NCBI GenBank assembly: GCA_051294905.1
Contig: CM119372.1
Span: forward strand, 3,288,001-3,352,000
Origin: Botryllus schlosseri
Lineage: Eukaryota
Direction of reading: 5' to 3'
Length of the DNA stretch: 64,000 bases
Positions within the stretch are counted from its first letter, which is position 1, and each line of letters opens with the position of its first letter. This document shows positions 27,901 through 40,059 of this stretch, one piece after another. The translations under genes were made by a program, and so were the position numbers. The notes under the pieces were generated by a model. It ran no database searches, was not told the origin of the DNA, and saw nothing but the letters and a program-made list of their open reading frames with translations.

Positions 27901-30235
27901 TGTATACTTGATCAGTAACGCTGAGCATTTTGGCAACATCTGAAGTTTCAACGTGAATGGTCTTGTGAATGGATGGCATGAAGTGTCTTTTTTATCAACG
28001 TTGACCAACGAATATGATGACATGAATCCGAAATGCAATTTTATACTTATAATAAGCATCTAAATTTCCCCCACCTATATATCACACACTTGCAGGTCGT
28101 ATCTTCATCTGAAGCATCAACGCCGGTCCCTTCCATGAACAGCGCGAGTAAAGTATTAAAAAAGAGACGAATTTCACCTTCAGCAAAAAGGCGAAGTAGG
28201 TCGGTATATTTACGATTGTGCTGTCAATACATCGTTGTAAATTGGTGGAAGTTTTTATTGCGGCTTACATGTAATGTGTAGTGTGCACGCCAGTTGCTTG
28301 GAGACGTGCGCGTTGCGTCTGGGATGCAGATAACGTACTTTTCACGGCTCCCTAATAATTACTTATTGCGTATGTGATGTCTAATCTCGGTCGGATAGAA
28401 TTCAGCGTTCTTGTTACACGTTGTACAATCAGCACACCGCATTTCAGATTGAGGTTGATAGCCTTTCTTGAACAGAAGAAGAAGCAGCAAGATGAACTCG
28501 GTGATTCGACGCCGGAAAAGTAAATGTATGTATATATCAAAATACGAGTCGCTTTTGATCTGAGGTCTCAAAAACGCGGCATAAGAAATATGTCATACTA
28601 TGCTACACAATAGGGTGGTCCAAAAATAACTTTATTTCCCGGATGCCGGGGATTGACTGATTAAATTGTCACGTTGCCTTAAAAAACGCTCCACACCAAG
28701 TTTGGCTTAATTCCAACCGGTATAAGCCGCCGCAGAGCCAATTAAAATTTGTGAAGTTATTATAAAAAATTAAAATAAAAAAGTTTCCAATTTTACTGTC
28801 AACCCAATGAAATTGTCGAGTTGTTTACAAAAACGATGCAAAACAAATTTGACGCAATTCCAACCGGTGGAAGCGAAGTTATATGAATTTTTCATTCACA
28901 ATTCTGCGAATTCCCACGGACAATGCTATTTTTGCGTATCCATAATTTTCAACTGCAATAACTTCGCTTGTACCGGTTAAAAGTGATCATAAATTGTTAT
29001 ACATCGTTCTTTTAGGCAACTTAAAACAAAATTTATAATAAATTTAAAAGTTCCAAGTGGCTCTGCGGCGGCTTCTAATTTTTAGAATTGCCCCAAATTT
29101 TGTTGGCAGCATTTTTGAGGCAGTCTAACGAAATTTAATCAGTGAATCCACGGAATCCGAAAGAATAAGTTATTTTTGAACAACCCTACACATTTGTGAA
29201 CATGACGCAGGCAAAGTGCAATGAAATAGGCATGGTCGACATAATACCGATATCGTAATTGTGATTAAAACTGAAATTATATTCTTTGTGGTAGCATAAA
29301 TGGTACATGTTTGGGCTTTCCGCATCTTTCATACTTAGTAAGACGTCACTGATAAGTGATTCTCAACCTCTTTGTCTTCGTGGACCCCCTTTGAATCGTC
29401 ATGGACCACGCGGACCCCCCAAGTTTGAGTTCAAATTTAGCTCAATTATCCTTCAACCGCAATCTGTCTTAAGCAAATATGAATTGTAGGCTATATTGAT
29501 AAACAGTAACAAAATGAATTTTCTTGAAAGTAACATCATACTATTTATGTGGAAATTGGGAGGACTTCTATTATTATTATCTCAAAGCGAACTATGTAGC
29601 TGCATTTCTTGAATACGCGTTCGTGCCTTTCCAATCCACGCTGTCGATTTGATATTAACGAGTGCCGAAAATCCATTTTCACAAAGACACCTGATGGCCA
29701 ATGTAATAATAACACGTAACGCTTCCGACGACATCTTTGGGAATGTACTCGACATATATGGCACGAAAATTGAGAAACAAAACATTAACGTCGAACCTAG
29801 TTCTTCCCATATAGCAGCTCATTTTGAAGTTAATCTGGAATAGTGGTTATGTATATCGCAGGAGAAAAAGGATTTTTGCTAACAAATTTGTTCCAAAACC
29901 AAAACAAAACATCCCTCAACAACAATATGTTTGCATCAGTAGCCTATTGACAGTAGAATATTTCATCTCAGACGACCATTCTGTTTATGTGAGTGCTGAA
30001 GTTTTAGCAGTTATGAAGCGAAAATGCCACCTGATTTCTCTAATTAAAAAAATACAAATTAGGTTATAAAACGTAATACAAATTAGGTTATCAACAATTT
30101 TACAAATTCGCAGGTTTCGCATACCACCTGACAATGCGTCTCGTACCACCGGTTGAGAACCAGTGAATTATGCAATTCAATATGTACGTTTGAACTTTTC
30201 GCAATTTCAGGAAAGTCCTAGTTGCGAAGTCATGA
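24982..30235 (+). CDS. Uncharacterised ~183-aa low-complexity protein with basic NLS-like segment
   Basis: Phase-consistent exons 24982-24993 (exon begins 24861), 25535-25667, 26403-26470, 27489-27626, 28096-28199, 28448-28519, 30211-30235, with canonical sites. Last exon uncertain: unspliced read-through stops at TAA 28521-28523. Confidence 0.7.
26760..27942. mobile_element. Degenerate family G termini (AGTAG-rich) flanking a coding exon
   Basis: Left CATAGCTGGTCAAAGTAGTCAGCGTTGCTACTCAAG and right ...CATTTTGGCAACATCTG resemble the terminus of 45217-45482; no TSD. Confidence 0.5.
28611..29188. mobile_element. Foldback MITE family C, diverged copy
   Basis: TAGGGTGGTCCAAAAATAACTT...AAGTTATTTTTGAACAACCCTA; homologous to 42932-43547. 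Confidence 0.8.
29582..29785 (-). pseudogene. Buster/Charlie (ZBED5-like) transposase C-terminal remnant within element ~29354-30165
   Basis: FPKMSSEALRVII...LCENGFSALVNIKS...MQLHSSL resembles the Buster YPxLxxxALxxL..YLCExGFS..IKxK..QxHxSH pattern; flanked by TTCTCAACC/GGTTGAGAACC TIR remnants. Confidence 0.75.
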
Positions 30236-30988
30236 AGCCAACAGGTCGCATTCAAGTCGAGCGGTATCACCAACGTCACGACGAAGCGTTATGATGGATA
30301 TGCAGCGCATTCGCTAGTGGGCGAAAGCGGGCAGACGTTCGCCGCCAAAATACGAAGACGTTGCGTCTCATGTGCAGAAACTATTCTACCTTACTCGAAT
30401 ACTAATTAAAAGCGTGCATAGAGCCGTGTGCAGACGATGCTACATATATACTCTTTACAAGTCACAATGGTGACTGTATGACATCCATCCGACTAAGGAT
30501 ATAATATATTCAACTGCAGTAAATTTAATTGTCTGTGTTCGAATATTTGGATACCCTTTTTGGACATAAGCTCGCCCTCGACCAGCCAAAAAGTTTAAAA
30601 AACACATACATTAACGCTGAAGATTTGCTTTTTCCCCGAAGTCTGTTATATTGCTTCAAATACGTGAACGGAACTTAACAGCGATGAAGCACTGACTGCA
30701 TGGGATGCTTTAGTCCTTGTGTGGCTGACCACTACGTATGCATGACTGTGTTTTTCAGTAGTGCAAACATCCTAACAGCACTACCACGACCTGCATCGTA
30801 TCGATATATATATAGATATAAATAGATGTTTTGGTACATTCTAACTTCCAGAAATCTGTTTTTTACATCGTTACTATTTGATATCGGTTTTATGCACTTG
30901 TCGATGATCAAGAACTCCTTTATAATGAAATATTGACGCATGTCTTGCTTTATCTTGTGTTGAGTTCCTCATGCTGTACGTTCTAGAG

Positions 30989-32234
30989 CAGGGGTTCTTA
31001 ACCTGGGGGGCGCGCCCCCCTCGGGGGGGGGGTGAAACATCTGAAGGGGGCGCGAAGAAGCGGTCACCTGAAAAAAATTTACGCGCTCGGCGTGATTTAC
31101 CTACAATGCAGGCGTGTTTCTCTCTATATCAGTGGTTCCCAAACGGTGGGAAATTCCCCCAAGTGGGGAATTCAATGGTTTCTCGTGGGGAATAGACGCA
31201 TTTGTTCAAAATTATATAACTGACAGTCTACATATTAACGGAGACACATGCACAATTACCGTTACCAGTTACCTGCTCTGGAATGTATTTATCGAAAATT
31301 ATATTGCGTGTTGTTCACAAAACCTCATTTTAACTCTGGATGGCCAATCATGGCGCCACAAACGCATCCAGCACGACTAGTTTGACGTGAAATAATGCTT
31401 TCGGGAAATTTTGAGCGTTACTGTTATCGGTTAGCAATACGTTTTGTGTTGCAGTTATAGGCGATTGTCTTGCGTACTGGTGTGGCTGTGTGTCTTGTGT
31501 GGTCAAACCAGCAAATAGCGGCTCTGTGAAGACAAAAGTGTTCGGTAATAGATAACAGGACCGTAACTGCCGCACCCCACCGCCGGGGGGGGGGGGGGGA
31601 GCTCGAAATGGCCCAATATTAGTTTGTGAATTAACATAAATTATAGAGTCTTTTTTAGGGAAATTTATGCCACTGTTTCAAAATTTTTTCGCGCTGGGTG
31701 ATTTAATATTGCCGAATATCTTGATTATTGGGTACCCTTCCCGCACGAAAATACGTAGAATTTATAGAAATGGAGACTTTGGCGTCGGCCATTACTGCGT
31801 CACGACGCACCAAGACATATTAAGTTATAGGCCATGTAACATGCGACTCCAAGAAGTGTGCCAGAACGATCCACAGCGAGAAGATCTTGGCCGAGAAGGA
31901 ATTCCCTTGTGGTGACCGAAAACTTTGATATATATACAATACACATATATGTTTAATTGAACGAAGCGCTGTTACGGTTCTGGTGGGAAATGAAGGCTCG
32001 GAATAAATCTGAAGTGGGGAATGAAGACAAAAAGGTTGGGAACCACTGCTCTATATAGACCCAATTTCATATATTTTTTATTCTCTCATCAACATTCATA
32101 ACCATCCATACCACCAAACAATCTGTTGGGGTTGCTAGCATCCCAGTTGGATTTTGTGATATGACGATAAGGGGGCGCGAAATTTTTCACTATCAAAAAG
32201 GGGGGCGTGTCTAAAAAAAGGTTGAGAACCACTG
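30989..32234 (-). mobile_element. Buster-type MITE hosting nested insertions
   Basis: Exact TSD TTCTAGAG; ends are the reverse complement of the 17083 family. Confidence 0.88.
31130..32048. mobile_element. Nested Buster-type element containing a family E copy (31556-31982)
   Basis: CAGTGGTTCCCAA...TTGGGAACCACTG; exact TSD CTCTATAT. Confidence 0.88.
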
Positions 32235-32578
32235 TTCTAGAGCAACGGTCCCCAGCACTGCGACCGCCACCACCAGTTTGGGAGTTGAATCGGGGCCTAC
32301 GGTAAGTTATCGTAGGCCCCGGTTGAATTTTGTATTTATGAGTTATTATTTCAACACGCAAAATGCAGCGTAATTCAACGAGCGAATTGGTTATTCCTGG
32401 CATGCAATTTATTTAAGCGTTTATCAAACTGGTAGTCCTTCTCAATATCAATCAATCAGTTTTATAAATATTTTCATCGTTTCAAAATACCACAAAACTG
32501 CGATACAATGAAAAGATATGAAGGTGTCGAAACAACTTGGAGTTGTCTTTAAGATCAGACACCCACCTTGGCCTAGGC

Positions 32579-34593
32579 CAGGGGCGGGCAACTTCTCCAG
32601 TCGGCGGGCCGGATATAGGAAAATTAGGAACTTGGCGGGCCGGATTGCTGAATCGATACATTATTCGCCCATTTATCCACATATACAAGGAATAAATCGT
32701 ATTTAATGAATGTATTTTAACGACAGCAATGTAATTTCAACGCCATTTCTCGCCAATAAGGACAAAGACAATGTGGATTTGAGAACAGCATTGTCCTACA
32801 GGCACAACCATGTCTGCTTCTCTCTGATCAATCAACACACGGTGCAATTCTTAATTAAGATTTCGAGGCGTTCGATAAGTCCGGTACCCCAAGTTTACCA
32901 AGATATCAATTCATTAGGGTTTAGTAGGTGACGAGACAGCGTGGTTGTTCAATGTTCAACTATGTAGCGTGGTTGTTCGACTATGTGGCCTATTTTATCT
33001 CGATATTGAATCCATGCGGCCTGCGGCCTCCACGAAATTTGAAAGTGGCCCCCGACCCGCTTTGAGTTGGCGACCCCTGGCATAAGCGGTGTCTTACAGA
33101 AGCCTAGAAGTGTGCCGTGCTACAAGTCGACGGTTACGGAATCAAAAATAAGAAATATCGGCCTGGTGTAAATCAGTGGTTCTCAACCGCCGGTCCGCGA
33201 CGACTTTCCTGCCGGTCCGCCAGGCATATTACAATTTTATACCTTAATTTAAAGATGCAATATTTCAAAGGCTTGTCTATTGATAAAATAAATAAAACAT
33301 CAAATTTTAAACTGATTCAGAACGTCGCTAGGTGACATTAGGTCTGGAAACATGTTCGATTTGACTTGACGTTCAAGACGTGCCATTTGAAGACATGCGA
33401 GCGACCAGTTCGAGCTGACTCACTAAACCGCCCAGTTTGTGCGATCATTCGTTCTCGATTCATTCATTTTATGCAGGATCGTATAACTGCGGCACGCCAA
33501 GCACCCCAGTTGTATAGGGACTGTGGTTGAACGGACCCAAAATTATTTTGCAAACGAATAATACAGTATTTTTTAAAAACTTTATCCGACATATGTCAAT
33601 ATTTTTTCGCGCTCTTTTGGAATCTTGTCCGTCTTTTAGTTTAGTGCGCATGGGCGATTACAATATCTATTCACTATATAACAGACCGTCGCGAAATAAT
33701 GACATGCAACGAAGTAATTACTCCAACACGTCCGCCCGAACATGTTTAATTACTACGTCCGTACCCTAAATTTTCCAAGACGACACCTCACTCAATTCTA
33801 CCGGAAAATCTCTTAATTATTAAGGATAAAAAATTTATGGCAATCTATATGCAATTACCAATATCATTGACAGATTCAGTCATGAATTATAGAAAATATT
33901 AGCGCTTGATGCGATTTACATAAACTGTCCGACTACACAGAGTAGAATGAATGTGCTCACAAGTACCGGTGAAAACATCCACCCCACGGTGGGGTATGGG
34001 GGCGATTTCCACCAGAAGTTTGACTTATCATCATGAGGGGGCCCAAGACCAACGTTTATTTTACCTAGACTCAGCAGACTCACTACCGTAAAATCACATG
34101 GACGCCATCGTGAACATAATTAATTACGATCAAAACCCCGTAGATGTCACTCTCTGGCAACAAATACCTGCAAAAAACCGCATATTTACATTTTGGGTTG
34201 ATTTCAATTTTTAAAAGTCCACCGGTCCCGCCAAATATGTTTTGAAATTTTACCGGTCCGTGAAGTGAAAAAGGTTGAGAACCGCTGGTGTAAATGACCA
34301 TTGTAGTCGACAAACACCATCACGATTACCACAAATGACATTAGGGTTGAGTACATCGTAAATGCCGATAATGCAATAAGTCTTCTCGCTTCGACGGATT
34401 ACGCGTAAGCTCCACCCTCGCTCGCTGCGCAAGTGCGCATACATGTGTATAATGACATACAGTCACTAAAATTTGAAGTATGTAAGCAAGTAGCGGGGAA
34501 TCTCGGAAGACTGGGGCCGCGGGCCACACTAGACGGAAAACTGTCCGCGGGCCGGACTAAATCCCTTCGCGGGCCGTATGTTGCCCGCCCCTG
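32579..34593. mobile_element. Buster-type element with nested SINE fragment and MITE
   Basis: CAGGGGCGGGCAAC...GTTGCCCGCCCCTG; exact TSD GCCTAGGC. Confidence 0.9.
33174..34287. mobile_element. Buster-type element inserted in a SINE 3' half
   Basis: CAGTGGTTCTCAACC...GGTTGAGAACCGCTG; exact TSD GTGTAAAT; SINE sequence resumes on both sides (33080-33173, 34296-34320). Confidence 0.9.
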
Positions 34594-36370
34594 GCCTAGG
34601 CGAAGTAAAGAAGAGGCATGCACAGTTGCACACTGAATGAAAAGTAATGCAGAGAATATAAGACGCAAGCGACAAAATGAGGTGGCATGTGGCGGAAGGC
34701 GAGGTCGATGTTAGGTCGTTGTCCGGTAATCCTGAAGGCTGGCTAGTATTCATTTAGAAGAAATTGCTTGTATTTCGACTTGAATGTGGACTATGGACAT
34801 GCGACTGTCGGATAGCCAGCGAGATGCTGCTCCACAATTGGGGTCCGGCATACTTGATAGAGCAATGCGTTTTTTTTGTATTCCGCCCTGATCATGTGGT
34901 AGTTGTTCTTCGTTGACGCGCGTGTGCTGTACTTGAGCGCTTGTGACTCCGAGGTGATGTAGTCGTTGAAATGTTAGGGACATTGATTGATTGGGCTACT
35001 TTGTAGCTTTGGATTGCAGACGTGATATATACTTTGTCTTACAATGATGTCCTGAATAAAATGGTCGGAAATAAACTTGTGTGAGGGCATTGCATGAGAT
35101 GAATCAGTAAGGATTTGATCACGACTTTATTTGAGGCTAATCACGTGAGGCAGAATATCCCTGAATCACTCCAGAAACTTCAGCGTCGTCAGACAGATCG
35201 GATTATTGACTGCTACATAATCTCGTAATCACCAACGTGTATCACGGTGACACAAGGAAGTACTTCCTCGAAGCGCACGCACCTATTTTGTATAATTGTA
35301 TGTACTAACAGCGTTTAAATTTGAGTAATCACTCATGTGTACTGCGTCATTGGGCGGAGAATGCTACATTTCAGTTATGTCTGCGTAAAGTCAACAACGC
35401 TTTACTTGACTTCGAGGGCTACCGGTTTGACAAAGGGAGCTATTTATCATAATTCCATTGTCAGGAAAAATAGCGTGCAGTTCTCTTGAGTTGTCGCTGA
35501 GTTGCATGAATATATGATCATCTGCCCGTTTTCGTAAAACTCTATTTGTTATTATTATCATTGTCTTTATCAAGGTCGTTTTGCATACTATGCTATAAAT
35601 GGCAGGACACGTCCATGTGCTGTAGGTATTGAGAAGACATTATACTATATAAATTTACCTGACACATCATCTACCTTCGAAATGATGTTGCAACGATACG
35701 AGTATACGTTGAGATACCATACGACCCGCTTTTGCAGAATACAGCTCCTACAGTCCGAACATGGCACATCGGCAAAACGGTTTTTGTCGAGTTGTCAATT
35801 TTAGCTTACTGTAGTCTGGCAGCATAGCAGGGGCTGTGGAGACTCAGTCAGAGTTTCGCTCATTTTACCTTGATGCAGTCGGAGTCGTGAAAAAAATACA
35901 GACTGGAGTCATGTTTGTGAAAATGCTCTCGACTTCGACTCCGACTCCAACTTCCTTAAAATGAAAAGAAATGCTTTCAAAGTTCTCTTAAAATTGCTAC
36001 TAATAAATAAAAATAGGGTTTGTATTAGTAACTATATTGATGAAGCTGGACATTTATTGCAAATTGCAATTCAATCGGATAGAGGAAAAAATTTCAACCA
36101 AATCGCGACCAACACGAAATTACAGATGCAGTCACAAATTGGTTCAATTTTGGGAATTAAACCATGATATTTTGAAACAGTAAATACATCGTCTGGTTTC
36201 GTAAGTCAACATCACTTATAACATTGAAGAAAATATAACCAAACACTGCTTCTCACTTGGCAAAATCAAACATATTTCTGATAAGAAGCTCAGCCACATG
36301 GGTCGTACAAATGTTCAAGAAAGGGTGCAATAGTCCCAGTCCATGAATACATGACTAAGTGCATGTAGAC

Positions 36371-37274
36371 CAGTGATTCCCAACCGCGGCTCCAAGGTAG
36401 CCTTCTTGCGACTTTGATTGACCTCTAACTATTCCACAAAATATGATAGAAGGCAGTTGTTTTTTGTTTCTATAAATAGGTACAGTCAATTTCTGTATAT
36501 GAATGCTAACGTGAGGGATATTAGTTATGTTTAAAGCCGTCCAAGGCCGCCTCTGAACACCGGGAAAGGGAATTCTTGAAGACTATCGTCAAACGCACGG
36601 ATGAATACCCGTCGGGTAAGTAGGGTTGCATTTAAAACAAATGGTTGTTAAAACACTTTGTTTAAAACATGTTTTAAACAATGTTTTAAGCAAGGGCCTT
36701 TTCAAAAAAAAATTGTTCTTTTTCAAGTTGTAAAATTATGCCATAATTGTGTAAATACTTTCCGAAATCATGTTGTATTAGTCTACGGACAATTGCCACC
36801 CGATTTAGCCGACGTATATCGATATATGGGATGGTTGGAACTCTCAAGTCGGTTCAACAGTTATAGAACAGATATTCGCTAATGGAGATATTTTTACCCT
36901 ATATTTTCAATTGGCAATGCCAATTGGCGTATAATCACTCGCAAACCTGTTCATCAAGTGCTGGAATGTATGAAGACTGGAGAGATATCACATAACGATA
37001 TAACAGAATATTGTATAGAAACGATATGTATTTTTAGTTTATTTCAATGTATAGCACTCGCCTATCTGCGATGTAACAATGCTAAATTAACCGATATAGA
37101 ATATTTAGAAGTGTAAGTAGTCTATTAAGCTGGCTTTTAAATTAGCTGGATGGTAAGATCAAGAGAGGTAGGCAAGCTACCTTTAAATTTTCGCCTACGT
37201 GTTTTCATACAGCCCCATAAATACTGTGATGTTTGAAATGCGGCTGCGACATCCGAAAAGATTGGGCACCACTG
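36371..37274. mobile_element. Buster-type element
   Basis: CAGTGATTCCCAA...TTGGGCACCACTG; TSD ATGTAGAC/ATGCAGAC (one mismatch). Confidence 0.75.
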
Positions 37275-37755
37275 ATGCAGACATATGTTATTTCACTGCT
37301 CCCTAGATTTCGTTTCTGACCATCGTTTATTGGTAGTGAGAGAGTGTGTACTTGTCATCAGTATAGTGTTTGTGATAAAATTTATAGGTCGCTGCTATAT
37401 TAGTTGTTGAGCTACACTGCTATGGTTTATATCCACAGATGGGATATATATCATGTTTGAATGATTCATACATAATTAGAGTGTCCGTGGCTTGTCCATG
37501 TTATAAAAACCTGTAACATATGAATGAACAAAGGATATTTTAAAATGAATACTTCCATGTTGACTGTACGGTGAATATTTCGAGATGTGTACCATAATGT
37601 AAAAATTTGCATGCCATCGTGAATAATATGTATGCATCGCATATGTTGAATGGTTATGTGAAAGTCATTTCACCATCACCGTGGCACATACTTTCCTACG
37701 TCCATATGCATTATGCAGGCATCAATTGGAATGAAATGTTGTCTTTGATATATAG

Positions 37756-39279
37756 CAGCGGTCGGGAACCTATGGCTCGCGAGCCATATATGGCTCTTTT
37801 GGGTATAAGATATGGCTCTTTGACAAATTTTCATATTCGTGCCTAATTTATGAATATTGCATCAAAGTGTTAGTAAATATTGCTAACGGCCAGATTAATT
37901 ATTCTCGTGACAGCATATACATGCCTTTGAGAGGTCAAGACAGTGGCGTTCCGGTGTTAGGGGCTCGGACTCTCTTTATACTAAATCTCATTATTTAAGT
38001 TGCTGTCATGCCAGCGACGAATATCTCTCACGAATTCGATGTACCCGACATCACTCGCCGCGAAATCTTCGATTGCCGACATAGCCGACATAGCGACATC
38101 TGTATGACAATCCAGTTTTCAAATGCACATTCTCTACCTGATCTACGGGGAGAAATGGACAGCCTTGAAGTGTAATTAACAATCAGAAATCCAAATTACG
38201 AACAACCACGCCTCCTCCTCGCCACGTGATCCGCATGTCCGCGGTGTCTTATAATATAGCCTAGAAGCGGGTCGTGCTACAAGTCGGTAAATACGGAATC
38301 AAAATGAAGTATATATCGGCCTGGTGTAAAATGATCAATGTAGTCGAAACACCATGAATAGAAAAGAAACATAGCTTGATTGGTAAGTGCCATTGACGAT
38401 GAATTGCGCTATCACAGGAGAGGCTTCGTCCTACTGTATCTCATTTGTGTGTTTCGCGCTTTATATTTGAATAATAGATGTGCAAATTGCGTGATTTTAA
38501 GAGTACAAAGCTTCAAAATTGAGTCATTACTTAACATGATAAAAATAGCCTACCGAAGGTTCCACAATCTCCCATCACTCATCCTCACGACAGGCGAGGC
38601 ACTGCCTCACTTACCTCTCCTGACCCCACGTCACTGACGTATCACACCCTGCAAAAGGTATATGCCTTTGTCGTGACCATGTTTGTCTTCACCGGCGCAG
38701 GTGGGCACTGGCCAGTCGTTCTTGCATTTACAAACCATCAAGACGAGCCTATGACCTAGTTTTACTGACGAGAGGCTATTATGAAGCTTAACCTCGCCAA
38801 TTATTATATCAGCCAGATTACAAAGCTATCAGTATTACCAAGTCACATTAACAGACATATTAACTGCAAAAAGCGTGTAAATCGTGGATTCACACTTTTA
38901 CTGTTGTCCACAATTGTTGGAAATCTAAATGTTACTTGTCTTGAGCTTGAACAATTATCATATGGCCATCGCTGAAATACATTCAAAAAGATGTAGCTTG
39001 CAAAACATTCAAGTAACTGTCGAATGTAGACATTCGGTAATGTAACTTAAGTTTCGCATGCTCAAATAAGGCAACCATCATGATAAGTACCAGTTTTTAC
39101 TGTGAAAATAGAAAGCGTACGACGAATTCCATGTATGAACTTCGATTAAGTGCTTCGATGACGTCACAAAATTACAACTGTGACGTAACAGCTGTTTGAC
39201 ATGTATGGTTCTATGGGAGTTACAATGGAAAATTTAGGACCAATATGGCTCTTCGGACGAAAAAGGTTGCCGACCCCTG
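37756..39279. mobile_element. Buster-type composite element
   Basis: CAGCGGTCGGGAACCT...AGGTTGCCGACCCCTG; exact TSD ATATATAG; contains a SINE 3' half (~38205-38360) and a repeat (~38385-38690) also found inverted at ~49970-50270. Confidence 0.85.
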
Positions 39280-39548
39280 ATATATAGGCTACCGTGGTGT
39301 AGATCTGAAGTAGGTTATGGTTTCGTGTACCGCGGGTGTATATTCACACCCATATGTCACGGGTGGTACACGGGTGTGAATACACACCTTGGCAAGAGTA
39401 CAGTTACACTCTAGGGCTAGGTTTGGCGGGTGCTGATGGATGATTTGACTAGCAATAATGCCTATACTTGACTGCATGTTTCGAAACTATTTTGATGATA
39501 GAGTTGAAGAGTGACTATAGAAGCTCATATCGGCCTATCATTCTAACA

Positions 39549-39927
39549 CAGTGGTTTCCTACGAGGGCGATTTTGAGAAAAAGGGGGCGATTGGTAATTG
39601 ACGGAGGGCGAAAATGTTAGAACGTCCAGAGAGATATATTTAATTAACACGGCCAAAACTGCACGTGAAGATGGCTTATTCTGCATATGACGCAAAAGTT
39701 TACCACAAAAAGATGAACTCAATAGAAAAGAGACGCGGAAACGGGTTTTTCGAACACCTACTCGAAACAATGATATTTACTTTTTGGTCATTTCACCAGC
39801 GATCAGAGTTTGGTGAATAAAGTTCCCGTTTATATGCCCCGTTTTTCGGATCCGTAAATGTGGAGGGCGAAAATTTGTGTCGAGCTTGATAAGGGGACGA
39901 TGAGGCGAAAAAGGTTGGGAACCGCCG
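39549..39927. mobile_element. Buster-type MITE ~130 bp upstream of the 40060 start codon
   Basis: CAGTGGTTTCCTAC...GGTTGGGAACCGCCG; imperfect TSD TTCTAACA/TTCTAATG. Confidence 0.7.
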
Positions 39928-40059
39928 TTCTAATGCATATGAGCGAGTTGAACGTTTTCTAACGTTCCGAATTTACTGCCAAACTAATTCGCTATTTACG
40001 CAATATGTGACAGGGTCCTGTAACATGTAGCAAATTGTAGCAAAAGTCTGCAGTCTGTC

